A stretch of 64,000 nt of DNA, taken from contig NW_027254419.1 of NCBI RefSeq assembly GCF_044704955.1, forward strand, positions 310,001 to 374,000, written 5' to 3'. Origin of the DNA: Pristiophorus japonicus. Taxonomy: Eukaryota. The position numbers and the translations under genes are program-made. The notes beneath the pieces were generated by a model that was not told the origin of the DNA, ran no database searches, and saw only the letters and a list, made by a program, of their open reading frames with translations. Positions 1 through 14,545 of the stretch are shown piece by piece (position 1 is the first letter of the stretch; each line of letters opens with the position of its first letter).

Positions 1-3000
1 ACTTACTGGTTGCTCTCAGTCCCTCTTCCTCAGGGAGATATCTGTGCACTGACTGGTGTCTCAATCCCTAACCCTCATGTAGATAATTGTTCACAGACCG
101 GTGTCATTCAGTCCTTCTAACTCAGGGTGATATCAGTAAACTGACTGTTGTCTCTCAGTCACTCTCCCTCAGGAAGATATCTGTACACTGACTGATATCT
201 CTCAGTCTCTATGTTTCTCAGGGAGATATCTGTACACTGGCTGGTCTCGCAGTGCCTGTCCCTAGGGACATATCTGTACACTGACTGTTGTCTCTCAGTC
301 CCTCTCCACCAGAGACATATCTGTACACTGACTGGTGCTTCTTTGTACCTCCCTGCAGGGTGATATCTGTACACTGACTGGTGTCTCTCAGTCCTTCCCT
401 CTCAGGGAGATATCTGTTTACTGACTGGTGTCTCTCAGTCCACTCTCACTCAGGAATATATCTTTACACTGACTGATGTCTCTTCGTCCATCTCCATCAG
501 GGAGATATCTGCACACTGAATGGTGTCTCTCAGTCCCTCTCACTCAGGGAAACATCTGAACACCGAATCGAGTCTCTCATATGCTCCCTCTCCGGGAGAT
601 ATCTGTGCACTGACTGGTGTCTGTCAGTCCCTCTCCCTCTGGGAGGTATCTGTACACTGACTGATGTCTCTTCTTCCATCTCCAGCAAGGAGATATCTGT
701 ACACTGAATGGTGCTTCTCAGTCCCACTCCCTTAGGGAGATATCTGTACACTCACTGGTGTCTCTCAGTCCCTCCCTCTCACGGATATATCTGTGCACTG
801 ACTGGTGCCTCTCAGACCCTCTCTTTCAGCGAGATATATGTACACTGACTTGTATATCTCAGTCCCTCCATCTCAGGGAGATATCTGTACACTGACTTGT
901 TTCTCTCAGTCTCTCCCTCTCGGGAAGATATATGTACACTCATTGATGTCTTGCAGTCCCTCTCCTTCAGCGAGAGAGCTGTACACTGATTGCTGTCTCT
1001 CATTCCCTCTCTCTCAGAGATATATCTGTATACGGACTGGTGTCTCGAAGTATCTAATCTCTCAGGATGATATCTGTACACTGATTCGTGTCTCACAGTC
1101 CACTCTCCCTCAGGGAGATATCTGTACACCGACTGGTGTCTCTCAGTTCCTCTGCCTCAGGGAGATATCTGCACTTTGACTGATGTCTCTCAGTATCTAT
1201 ATTTCTCACGGTGATATCTGTACAATGATTGGTGTCTCTCAGTCCCGCTCCCTCAGGCAATTTTCTGTACACTGACTGGTGTCTCTCAGTGCACTCTCCC
1301 TCAGGGAGATATCTGTTCACTGACTGGTGTCTCTCAGTTCCTCTCCCTCAGGAAGATATCTGTACACTGACGATATCTCTCAGTCTCTATGTTTCTCAGG
1401 GAGATATCTGTACACTGGCTGGTCTCGCAGTGCCTATCCATCAGGGACATATCTGTACACTGATTGGCGCCTCTCAGACCCTCTCCCTCAAGGACATATC
1501 TGTAACTGACTGTTGTATCTCAGTCCCTCTCTCTCAGGACATATCTGTACACAGACTGGTGTCTCTCAGTCCCTCTCTCCTAGCGACAAATCTGTACACT
1601 GACTGGTGTCTCTCAGTCGCTCCCTCTCAGTTTGATATCTGTACACACTGACTGGTGTCTCTCAGTACCTCCCTCTCAGGGTGATATCTGCACACTGACT
1701 GTTGTCTCTCAGTCCCTCTCCCTCAGCGAGATATCTGTACACTGACTGTTGTCTCTCAGTCGCTCCCTCTCAGTTTGATATCTGTACACACTGACTGGTG
1801 TCTCTCAGTACCTCCCTCTCAGGGTGATATCTGTACACTGACTGCTGCCTCTCAGTACCTCCCTCTCAGGTTGATACCTGAAAACTGGACTGATAACTCT
1901 CAGTCTCTCTGACTCTCAGGGAGATATCTTTAAACAGACTGGTCTCTCTGTCCCTCTCACTCAGGGACATATCTGTACACTGACTGGTGTCTCTCAGTCC
2001 CACTACATCAGAGAGGTAGCTGTACACTGACTGGTGTCTCTCTGTCCCTCCCTTTCAGGAAGATATCTGTACACTTACTGGTTGCTCTCTTTCCCTCTTC
2101 CTCAGGGAGATATCTGTGCACTGACTGGTGTCTCAATCCCTAACCCTCATGTAGATAATTGTTCACAGAACGGTGTCATTCAGTCCTTCTAACTCAGGAT
2201 GATATCAGTTAACTGACTGTTGTCTCTCAGTCACTCTCCCTCAGGAAGACATCTGTACACTGACTGATATCTCTCAGTCTCTATGTTTCTCAGGGAGATA
2301 TCTGTACACTGGCTGGTCTCGTAGTGCCTGTCCCTCAGGGAATATCTATACACTGACTGTTGTCTCTCAGTCCCTCTCCACCAGAGACATATCTGTACAC
2401 TGACTGGTCCTTCTTTGTAACTCCCTGAAGGGTGATATCTGTACACTGACTGGTGTCTCTCAGTCCTTCCCTCTCAGGGAGATATCTGTTTACTGACTGG
2501 TGTCTCTCAGTCCTCTCTCACTCAGGAATATATCTGTACACTGACTGATGTCTCTTCGTCCATCTCCATCAGGGAGATATCTGCACACTGAATAGTGTCT
2601 CTCAGTCGCTCTCACTCAGGGAAACATCTGTACACTGAATCGAGTCTCTCATATGCTCCCTCTCCGGGAGATATCTGTGCCCTGACTGGTGTCTGTCAGT
2701 CCCTCTCCCTCTGGGAGGTATCTGTACACTGACTGATGTCTCTTCGTCCATCTCCAGCAGGGAGGTATCTGTACACTGACTGATGTCTCTTAGTCCATCT
2801 CCAGCAGGGAGATATCTGTACACTGAATGGTACTTCTCAGTCCCACTCCCTCAGGGAGATATCTGTACACTCACTGGTGTCTCTCAGTCCCTCCCTCTCA
2901 CGGATATATCTGTGCACTGACTGGTGCCTCTCAGACCCTCTCTTTCAGGGAGATATATGTAGACTGACTTGTATATCTCAGTCCCTCCCTCTCAGGGAGA

Positions 3001-6000
3001 TATCTGTACACTGACTTGTATCTCTCAGTCCCTCCCTCTCGGGAAGATATCTGTACACTCACTGATGTCTTGCAGTCCCTCTCCTACATGGAGAGAGCTG
3101 CACACTGACTGCTGTCTCTCATTCCCTCTCTCTCAGAGATATATCTGTATGCGGACTGGTGGCTCGAAGTATCTAACCTCTCAGGACGATATCTGTACAC
3201 TGACTCGTGTCTCACAGTCCACTCTCCCTCAGGGAGATATCTGCACTCTGACTGATGTCTCTCAGTATCTATATTTCTCACGGTGATATCTGTACAATGA
3301 CTGGTGTCTCTCAGTCCCTCTACCTCAGGGAGATATCTGTTCACTGACTGGTGTCTCTCAGTTCCTCTCCCTCAGGAAGATATCTGTACACTGACGATAT
3401 ATCTCAGTCTCTATGTTTCTCAGGGAGATATCTGTACACTGGCTGGTCTCGCAGTGCCTATCCCTCAGGGACATATATGTACACTGATTGGTGCCTCTCA
3501 GACCCTCTCCCTCAGGGACATATCTGTAACTGACTGTTGTATCTCAGTCCCTCTCCCTCAGGACACATCTGTACACTGACTGGTGTCTTTCAGTGCCTCG
3601 CCCTCAAAGATATATGTACATATACAGGTCTCCCTCAGTCCCTCTCTCCCAGGACATATCTGTACACCGACTGGTGTCTCACAGTCCATCTCTCAAAGAG
3701 ACATATCTGTACACTGACTGATGTTTCTCAGTACCTCCCTCTCAGGGAGATATCTGTACACTGACTGATGTCTCTTCGTCCCTCTCCCTCAGCGACATAT
3801 CTGCACACTGACTGGTGCATCACTATCCGTCTCCCTCACGGAGATGTCTGAACTCTGACTGGTGTCTCTGATTACCTCTTTCTCAGTGTGATATCTGTAC
3901 ACTGACTGGGGTCTCTCAGTACCTCTCGCTCATGGAGATATCTGTACACTGACTGGTCTCTCTCAGTCCACTCTCACTCAGGGAGATATCTGTACACTGA
4001 CTGATGTCTCTTCGTCCCTCTCCCTCAGGGAGATATCTACACACTGACTGGTCTCTCCCAGTACCTCCCTCTCTGGGTGATATCTGTACACTGACTGGTG
4101 TCTCTCAGTCCATCTCCCTCAGGGAGATACCTGTATACTGGACTGATGACACTCAGTCTCTCTGACTCTCAGGGAGATATCTTTAAACAGACTGGTCTCT
4201 CTGTCCCTCTCACTCAGGGACATATCTGTACACTGACTGGTGTCTCTCAGTCCCTCCCCATCAGGAAGATATCTGTACACTCACTGGTGTCTCTCAGTGC
4301 ACTCTCCCTCCGGCAATTTTCTTTACACTGACTGGTGACTCTCAGTGCACTCTCCCTCAGGGAGATATATGTGCACTGACTGGTGTCTCTCAGTTCCTCT
4401 CCCTCCGTAAGATATCTGTACACTGACGATAGCTCTCAGTCTCTATGTTTCTCAGGGAGATATCTGTACACTGGCTGGTCTCGCAGTGCCTATCCCTCAA
4501 GGACATATCTGTAACTGACTGTTGTATCTCAGCCCCTCTCCCTCAGGACACATCTGTACACTGAATGGTGTCTCTCAGTGCCTCCCCCTCAGACAGATAT
4601 CTGTACATATACTGGTGTCCCTCAGTCCCTCTCTCCCAGGACATATCTGTACACCGACTGGTGTCTCACAGTCCCTCTCTCAAAGCGACATATCTGTACA
4701 CTGACTGATGTTTCTCAGTACCTCCCTCTCAGGGAGATATCTGTTCACTGACTGGTCTCTCTCAGTCCACTCTCACTCAGGTAGATATCTGTACACTGAC
4801 TGATGTCTCTTCGTCCCTCTCCCTCAGGGAGATATCTGTACTCTGACTGATGACTTCCGTCTTCCTGTCTCTCAGGGAGTTATCTGTACACTGACTGGTC
4901 GCACTGTCCCTCTCCCGCAGCGACATATCTGTACACTGACAGGTGCGTCACTATCCGTCTCCCTCACGGAGATGTCTGAACTCTGACTGGTGTCGCTCAG
5001 TACCTCTTTCTCAGTGTGATATCTGTACACTGACTGGGGTCTCTCAGTACCTCTCCCTCAGGGAGATATCTGTACACTGACTGGCGTCTCTCAGTCCCTC
5101 CCTCTCAGGAAGATATCTTTTCACTGACTTGTGTCTTTCAGTCCCTCTCCCTCATGGAGTTAACTGCACACTGATGTGTGTCTCTCAGTGCCTCTCTCTC
5201 AGGGAGATATCTGTACACTGACTGGCGTCTCTCAGTCCCTCCCTCTCAGGGAGATATCTTTTCACTGACTTGTGTCTTTCAGTCCCTCTCCCTCATGGAG
5301 TTAACTGCACACTGATGTGTGTCTCTCAGTGCCTCTCTTTCAGGGAGATATATGTACACTGACTGGAGTCCCTCAGTCCCTCTCTCTCAGGACATATCTA
5401 TGCACAGACTGGTGTCTCTCAGTCCCTCTCTAAAGCGACAAATCTGTACACTGACTGGTGTCTCTCAGTCGCTCCCTCTCAGTTTGATATCTGTACACAC
5501 TGACTGGTGTCTCTCAGTACCTCCCTCTCAGGGTGATACCTGTATACTGGACTGATAACTCTCAGTCTCTCTGACTCTCAGGGAGATATCTTTAAACAGA
5601 CTGGTCTCTCTGTCCCTCTCACTCAGGGACATATCTGTACACTGACTGGTGTCTCTCAGTCCCTCTCTCAAAGAGACATATCTGTACACTGACTGATGTT
5701 TCTCAGTACCTCCCTCTCAGGGAGATATCTGTACACTGACTGATGTCTCTTCGTCCCTCTCCCTCTGCGACATATCTGCACACTGACTGGTGCGTCACTA
5801 TCCGTCTCCCTCACGGAGATGTCTGAACTCTGACTGGTGTCTCTCAGTACCTCTTTCTCAGTGTGATATCTGTACACTGACTGGGGTCTCTCAGTACCTC
5901 TCCCTCAGGGAGATATCTGTACACTGACTGGTCTCACTCAGTCCACTCTCACTCAGGGAGACATCTGTACACTGACTGATGTCTCTTCGTCCCTCTCCCT

Positions 6001-9000
6001 CAGGGAGATATCTACACACTGTCTGGTGTCTCTCAGTACCTCCCTCTCAGGGTGATATCTGTACACTGACTGTTGTCTCTCAGTCCCTCTCCCTCAGCGA
6101 GATATCTGTACACTGACTGGTGTCTCTCAGTCGCTCCCTCTCAGTTTGATATCTGTACACACTGACTGGTGTCTCTCAGTACCTCCCCCTCAGGGTGATA
6201 CCTGTATACTGGACTGATAACTCTCAGTCTCTCTGACTCTCAGGGAGATATCTTTAAACAGACTGGTCTCTCTGTCCCTCTCACTCAGGGACATATCTGA
6301 ACACTGACTGGTGTCTCTCAGTCCCACTACATCAGAGAGGTAGCTGTACACTGACTGGTGTCTCTCTGTCCCTCCCTTTCAGGAAGATATCTGTACACTT
6401 ACTGGTGTCCCTCAGTCCCTCTTCCTCAGGGAGATATCTGTGCACTGACTGGTGTCTTAATCCCTAACCCTCATGCAGATAATTGTTCACAGACCGGTGT
6501 CATTCAGTCCTTCTAACTCAGGGTGATATCAGTAAACTGACTGTTGTCTCTCAGTCACTCTCCCTCAGGAAGATATCTGTACACTGACTGATATCTCTCA
6601 GTCTCTATGTTTCTCAGGGAGATATCTGTACACTGGCTGGTCTCGCAGTGCCTGTCCCTCAGGGACATATCTGTACACTGACTGTTGTCTCTCAGTCCCT
6701 CTCCACCAGAGACATATCTGTACACTGACTGGTGCTTCTTTGTACCTCCCTGCAGGGTGATATCTGTACACTGACTGGTGTCTCTCAGTCCTTCCCTCTC
6801 AGGGAGATATCTGTTTACTGACTGGTGTCTCTCAGTCCACTCTCACTCAGGGATATATCTGTACACTGACTGATGTCTCTTCGTCCATCTCCATCAGGGA
6901 GATATCTGCACACTGAATGGTGTCTCTCAGTCCCTCTCACTCAGGGAAACATATGTACACTGAATCGAGTCTCTCATATGCTCCCTCTCCGGGAGATATC
7001 TGTGCACTGACTGGTGTCTGTCAGTCCCTCTCCCTCTGGGAGGTATCTGTACACTGACTGATGTCTCTTCGTCCATCTCCAGCAGGGAGATATCTGTACA
7101 CTGAATGGTGCTTCTCAGTCCCACTCCCTTAGGGAGATATCTGTACACTCACTGGTGTCTCTCAGTCCCTCCCTCTCACGGATATATCTGTGCACTGACT
7201 GGTGCCTCTCAGACCCTCTCTTTCAGGGAGATATATGTACACTGACTTGTATATCTCAGTCCCTCCATCTCAGGGAGATATCTATACACTGACTTGTATC
7301 TCTCAGTCCCTCCCTCTCGGGAAGATATCTGTACACTCACTGATGTCTTGCAGTCCCTCTCCTTCAGCGAGAGAGCTGTACACTGATTGCTGTCTCTCAT
7401 TCCCTCTCTCTCAGAGATATATCTGTATACGGACTGGTGTCTCGAAGTATCTAATCACTCAGGTCGATATCTGTACACTGACTCGTGTCTCACAGTCCAC
7501 TCTCCCTCAGGGAGATATCTGTACACCGACTGGTGTCTCTCAGTTCCTCTCCCTCAGGGAGATATCTGCACTCTGACTGATGTCTCTCAGTATCTATATT
7601 TCTCACGGTGATATCTGTACAATGACTGGTGTCTCTCAGTCCCTCTCCCTCAGGCAATTTTCTGTACACTGACTGGTGTCTCTCAGTGCACTCTCCCTCA
7701 GGGACATATCTGTTCACTGACTGGTGTCTCTCAGTACCTCTCCCTCAGGAAGATATCTGTACACTGACGATATCTCTCAGTCTCTATGTTTCTCAGGGAG
7801 ATATCTGTGCACTGGCTGGTCTCGCAGTGCCTATCCATCAGGGACATATCTGTACACTGATTGGCGCCTCTCAGACCCTCTCCCTCAGGGACATATCTGT
7901 AACTGACTGTTGTATCTCAGTCCCTCTCCCTCAGGACACATCTGTACACTGATGGTGTCTCTCAGTGCCTCCCCCTCAAAGATATATGTACATATACAGG
8001 TCTCCCTCAGTCCCTCTCTCCCAGGAAATATCTGTACACCGACTGGTATCTCACAGTCCCTCTCTCAAAGAGACATATCTGTACACTGACTGATGTTTCT
8101 CAGTACCTCCCTCTCAGGGAGATATCTGTACACTGACTGATGTCTCTTCGTCCCTCTCCCTCTGCGACATATCTGCACACTGACTGGTGCGTCACTATCC
8201 GTCTCCCTCACGGAGATGTCTGAACTCTGACTGGTGTCTCTCAGTACCTCTTTCTCAGTGTGATATCTGTACACTGACTGGGGTCTCTCAGTACCTCTCC
8301 CTCAGGGAGATATCTGTACACTGACTGGTCTCACTGAGTCCACTCTCACTCAGGGAGATATCTGTACACTGACTGATGTCTCTTCGTCCCTCTCCCTCAG
8401 GGAGATATCTACACACTGACTGGTCTCTCTCAGTACCTCCCTCTCTGGGTGATATCTGTACACTGACTGTTGTCTCTCAGTCCCTCGCCCTCAGGACACA
8501 TTTCTACACTGAATGTTGTCTCTCAGACTCTCTCCCCCAGAGAGATATCTGTACACTGATCGGTGTCTCTCAGACCCTCTCTCTTAGGGACATATCTGTA
8601 CACTGACTGGTGTCTCTCAGCCCTCGCTCTCAGAATTATATCTGCACACTAACTGGTGTCCCTCAGTCCCTGTCCCTCAGAGAGATATCTGTACAGTGAC
8701 TGGTGTCTCTCAATACCTCCTTCTCAGGGTGATGTAAGTACACTGACTGGTGTCTCTCAGTCCCTCTCCCTCAGGCAGATATCTGTACACTGACTAGCGT
8801 CTCTCAGTCCCTCCCTCTCAGGGAGGTATCTTTTCACTAACTGGTGTCTCTCAGTCCACTCTCCCTCAGGGAGATATCTGTACACCGACTGGTGTCTCTC
8901 AGTTCCTTTCCCCCAGCGACATGTCTGTACACTGACTGATGTCTCTCATTCTCTCTATTTTTCACGGTGATATCTGTACACTGACTGGTGTCTCTCAGTC

Positions 9001-11391
9001 TCTCTCCCTCAGGAAGATATCTGTACACTGACTGATATCTCTCAGGGAGATATCGGTACACTGGTTGGTCTCGCAGTGCCTATCCCTCAGGGAGATATCT
9101 GTTCACTGACTGCTGTCTCTCAGTCCCTCTCCCTCAGGGAGATATCTGTCACTGACTGGTCTCTCATTCCCAGTCTCGCAGGGACATATCTGTACACTGA
9201 CTGATGCCTCTCAGTACGTCCCTCTCAAGGAGATATCAGTAAACTGACTGGTGTCTCTCAGTTGCTCTCCCTCATGGACATATCTGTACATTGACGGATA
9301 TCTCTCAGTCCATTTCCATCAGGGATATATCTGTACATTGACTTGTGTCTCTCAGTTCCTCTCCCTCAGGTAGATATCTGTACACTGACTGTTTTCTCTC
9401 AGTCCCTCGCCCTCAGGACACATCTGTGCACTGAATGCTGTCGCTCAGTCCCTCTCCCTCAGGGAGATATCTGTCCTCTGACTGATGTCTCTCAGTCTCT
9501 CTGTCTCTCAGGGAGTTATCTTTATACTGACTGGTTTCTCACAGTCCCTCCCTCTCAGGGTGATATCTGTACACTGACTGGAGTCTCTCAGTCCCTCTCC
9601 CTCAAGTTGGTATCTGTACACTGACTGGTATCTCTCAGTCCCTCTCCCTCAGGAGGATATCTGTTCACTGACTGATATCTCACTCTCTGTCTCTCAGGCA
9701 GTTATCTCTTCACTGACTGGTGTCTCTCAGTCCCTCTCCCTCAGGGATATATCTGTGTACTGACTGGCGCCTCTCAGTCCCTCTCCCTCAGGGAGATATC
9801 TGTACACTGTCTGGTGTCGCTCAGTCCCTCACCCACAGGGACATAGCTGTACACTGACTGGTGTCTCTCAGTCCATCCCTCTCAGAGAGATATCAGTAAA
9901 CTGACCGGTATCTCTCAGTCACTCCCTCTCAGGGAGATATCTGTACGCTGACTGTTGTCCCTCAGTCCCTCGCCCTCAGGACACATTTGTACACTGAATG
10001 TTGTCTCTCAGACTCTCTCCTCCAGGGGGATATCTGTACACTGACCGGTGTCTCTCAGACCCTCTCTCTCAGGGACATATCTGTACACTGACTGGTATAT
10101 CTCTGTCACTCAACCCCAGCGACATATCTGTACACTGACTGGTGTCTCTCAGCCCTCGCTCTCAGAGTGATATCTGTACATTGACTGGTGTCCCTCAGTC
10201 GTTGTCCCTCAGCGAGATATCTGTACACTGACTGGTATCTCTCAGTACTTCCCTCTCAGGGTGATGTCTGTACACTGACTGGTGTCTCTCAGTCCCTCTC
10301 CCTCAGGCAGATATCTGTACACCCACTGGCGTCTCTCAGTCCCTCTCTTTCAGGGAGGTATCTGTTCACTAACTGGTGTCTCTCAGTCCACTCTCCCTCA
10401 GTGAGATATCTGTCCTCTGACTGATGTCTCTCAGTCTCTCTGTCTCTCAGGCAGATATCTGTACACTGACTGGTCAGTCAGTCCCTCTTCCCCAGGGAAA
10501 TATCTGTGCACTGAACGGTGTCTCTCAGTGCATCTCTCTCAGGGACATATCTGTACACTGACTGGTGTCTCTCAGTCCCTTTCCCCCAGCGACATATCTG
10601 TACACTGACTGGTGCCTCTCAGTATTTCCCTCTCAGGGTGATGTCTGTACACTGACTGCTCTCTCTCATGCCCTCTCCCTCAGGCAGATATCTGTACACT
10701 GACTGGCGTCTCTCAGTCCCTCCCTCTCAGGGAGATATCTGTACACTGGCTGGTATCGCAGTGCCTGTCCCTCAGGGACATATTTGTACACTGAATGGTG
10801 TCTCTCAGTCCCTCCCTCTCAGGGAGATATCAGTAAACTGACTGGTGTCTCTCGGTCGCTCACCCTCATGGTCATATCTGTACATTGACTGGTGTCTCTC
10901 AGTCCCTCTCTTTCACGGACACATATGTACACTGACTGGCATCTATCAGTCCCCCTCCCTCAAGGACATATCTGTATACTGACTTGTTTCTCTCAGTCGC
11001 TCACTCTCAGAGTGATATCTGTACACTAACTTTTGTCTCTCAGTACCTCTCCTTCAGGGAGATAGCTGTAAACTGACTGTTGTCAACAGTCCCTCTCCCT
11101 CAGGGATATATCTGTACACTGACTGGTGTCTCTAAGTCCCCAATCTCTCAGGGAGATATCTATACAGGGAACGGTTTGCCTCAGTCCCTCCCTCTCAAGG
11201 TGATATCTGTACACTGACTGCTGTCTGTCAGTCCCTCTCCCTCAGGGAGACATCTGCACACTGACTGGCGTCTCTCAGTTGCCACCCTCTCAGGGAGATA
11301 TCTGTGCACTGACTGGTGTCTCTCAATCCCTCTTCCGAAGAGAGATATCTGTACACTGACTTGTGCTTCTCAGTCCCACTCCCTCAGGGAC
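1..11391. repeat. 47-bp satellite array, segment 1
   Basis: Tandem diverged copies of consensus CAGGGAGATATCTGTACACTGACTGGTGTCTCTCAGTCCCTCTCCCT (47 nt). Longer blocks recur at offsets 2072 and 6397 (matching ORF calls 159/2231 and 530/6927). Confidence 0.97.
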
Positions 11392-14300
11392 ACAGAAACA
11401 TAGAACATTGGTGCAGGAGTAGGCTATTCGGACCTTCTAGCCTGCACCGCCATTCAATGAGTTCATTGCTGAAAATGTAACTTCAGTACCCCAATCCTGC
11501 TTTCTCGCCATAACCCTTGATTCCCTCTCGTAGTAATGATTACATCTAACTCCTTTTTGAATAAATTTAGTGAATTGGCCTTCTCAACTTTCTGTGGTAG
11601 AGAATTCCACAGGTTCACCATTCTCTGAGTGAAGAATTTTCTCCTCATCTCGGTCCTAAATGGCTTACCCATTATCCTTAGACTGTGACCACTGATTCTG
11701 GACTTCCCCAACATTGGGAACATTCTTCCTGCATCTAACCTGTCTAAACCCATCAGAATTGTAATCGTTTCTATGAGGTCCCCTCTCATTCTTCTGAACT
11801 CCAGTGAATACAAGCCCAATTGATCCAGTCTTTGTTGATAGTTCAGTCCCGCCATCCTGGGAATCAGTCTGGTGAACCTTCGCTGCACTCCCTCAATAGC
11901 AAGAATGTCCTTCCTCAAGTTAGGAGTCCAAAACTGTACACAACACTCCAGATGTGGCCTCACCAAGGCCCTGTACAACTGTAGCAACACATCCCTGCCC
12001 CTGTACTCAAATCCCCTCGCTATGAAGGCCAACATGCCATTTGCTTTCTTAACCGCCTGCTGTACCTGCATGCCAACCTTCAATGACTGATAACCATTCC
12101 ACCCAGGTTGCACCTCCCCCTTTCCTAATCTGTCACCATTCAGATAATAGTCTGTCTCTCTGTTGTTACCACCAAAGTGGATAACTTCACACTTATCCAC
12201 ATTATACTTCATCTGCCATGCATTTGCCCACTCACCTAACCTATCTTAGTCGCTCTGCAGCCTCATAGCATCCTCCTCGCAGCTCACACTGCCACCCAAC
12301 TTAGTGTCATCCGCAAATTTGGAGATACTACATTTAATCCCCTCGTCTAAATCATTAACGTACAGTGTAAACAGCTGGGGCCCCAGCACAGAACCATGCG
12401 GTACCCCACGAGTCACCGCCTGCCATTCTGAAAAGTCCCCATTTACTCCTACACTTTGCTTCCTGTCAGACAACCAGTTCTCAAACCATGTCAGCACACT
12501 ACCCCCAATCCCATGTGTATTAACGTTGCACATTAATCTCTTGTGTGGGACCTTGTCGAAAGCCTTCTGAAAGTACAAATATACCACATCAATGGTTCTC
12601 CCTTGTCCACTCCACTGAAAACATCCTCAAATAATTCCAGAAGATTTGTTAAGCATGATTTCCCTATCACAAATCCATGCTGACTTGGACCTATCATTTC
12701 ATCTATTTCCAAATGCGCTGCTATGACATCCTTAATAATTGATTCCATCATCTTATCCACTACCCATGTCAGGCTGACTTGTCTATAATTCCCTGTTTTC
12801 TCTCTCCCTCCTTTTGTAAAAAGTGGGGTTACATTGGCGACCCTCCACTCGATAGGAACTGATCCAGAGTCAATGGAATGTTGGAAAATTACTGTCAATG
12901 CATCCGCTATTTCCAAGGCCACCTCCTTAAGTACTCTGGGATGCAGTCCATCAGGCCCTGGGGATTTATCGGCCTTCAATCCCATCAATTTCCCCAACAC
13001 AATTTCCTGACAAATAACGATTCCCTCAGTTCCTCCTCCTTACTAGACCCTCTGACCCCTTTTATATCTGGAAGGTTGTTGGTGTCCTCCTTTGTGAATA
13101 CCGAACCAAAGTGGTCCGCCATTTCTTTGTTCCCCGATATTACTTCCCCTGTTTCTGACTGCAGAGTACCTACGTTTGTCTTTACTAACCTTTTTCTCTT
13201 TACATAGCTATAGAAACTTGTGCAATCCGTCTTAATGTTCGCTGCAAGATTCTTCTCGTACTCCATTTTTCCTGCCCTTTGTCTTCCTCTGCTGAGTTCT
13301 AAATTTCTCTCACTCCCCCGGTTCGCTGCTATTTCTGGCCAATTTGTATGCCACTTCCTTGGCTTTAATACTATCCCTGATTTCCCTTGATAGCCACGGT
13401 TGAGCCACCTTCCCTTTCTTATTTTTACGTCAGACAGGAATGTACAATTGTTGTAGTTCATCCATGCGGTCTCTAAATGTCTGCCATTGCCCATCCACAG
13501 TCAACCCCTTAAGTTTCATTCGCCAATCTATCCTTGCCAATTCATACCTCATTCCTTCAAAGTCACCCTTCTTTAAGTTCTGGACCATGGTCTCTGAATT
13601 AACTGTTTCGTTCTCCATCCTAATGCAGAATTCCACCATATTATGGTCACTCTTCCCCAAGTGGCCTCGCACAACGAGATTGCTAATTAATCCTCTCTCA
13701 TTGCACAACACCCAGTCTAAGATGGCCTCCGCTCTAGTTGGTTCCTCGACATATTGGTCCAGAAAACCATCCCTTATGCACTCCAGGAAATCAATCTGCA
13801 CCGTATTGCTTCCAGTTTGGTTAGCCCAATCTTTATGCATATTAAAGTCACCCATTATAACTGCTGCACCGTTATTGCATGCACCCCTAATTTCCTGTTT
13901 GATGCCCTTCCGAACATCACTACTACTGTTTGGAGGTCTGTACACAACTCCCACTAACGTTTTTTGCCCTTTGGTGTTCTGCAGCTCTACCATATAGATT
14001 CCACATCATCCAAGCTAATGTCCTTCCTAACTATTGCATTAATCTCCCCTTTAACCAGCAATGCTAAACCACCTCTTTTTCCTTTTATTCTATCCTTCCT
14101 GAATGTTGAATACCCCTGGATGTTGAGTTCCCAGCCCTGATCATCCTGTAGCCACGTCTCCGTAATCGCAATCACATCATATTTGTTAACATCTATTTGC
14201 ACAGTTAATTCATCCACCTTATTACGGATACTCCTTGCATTATGACACAAAGCCTTCAGGCTTTTTTTGTTAACAACCTTTGTCCTTTTAGAATTTTGCT

Positions 14301-14545
14301 GTAGAGTGGCCCTTTTAGTTCTTTGCCTTGCGTTTCTCTGTCCTCCACTTTTCCTCATCTCCTTTCTGTCTTTTGCTTTTGTCTCCTTTTTGTTTCCCTT
14401 TGTCTCCCTGCATTGGTTCCCATCCCCCTGCCCTATTAGTTTAACTCCTCCCCAACAGCACAAGCAAACACTCCCCCGAGGACTTTGGTTCCGGTCCTGC
14501 CCAGTTGCAGACCGTCTGGTTTGTACTGGTCCCACTGCCGCAGAA
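11392..14545 (-). mobile_element. CR1-clade non-LTR retrotransposon, 5'-truncated, frameshifted ORF2 (APE endonuclease + reverse transcriptase) plus the end of ORF1
   Basis: Minus-strand frames give endonuclease motifs (HNARSIRNK, IAITETWL, IMGDFN, GKSDHN) and RT motifs (KSPGPDG, FQKAFDKVPH, GVPHGSVLGP, KFADDTKL, LVRPHLECCVQFW), split over several ORFs. The 3' tail reads AGAAACATAGAA on +, i.e. a (TTCTATGT)-type repeat. The 5' end has a DGLQL...ELN* remnant resembling an SGNH-type ORF1 C-terminus. Confidence 0.95.

Noticed and set aside
12304-13997. Plus-strand ORFs of 88-185 aa
   Set aside because: Antisense shadows of CR1 ORF2.
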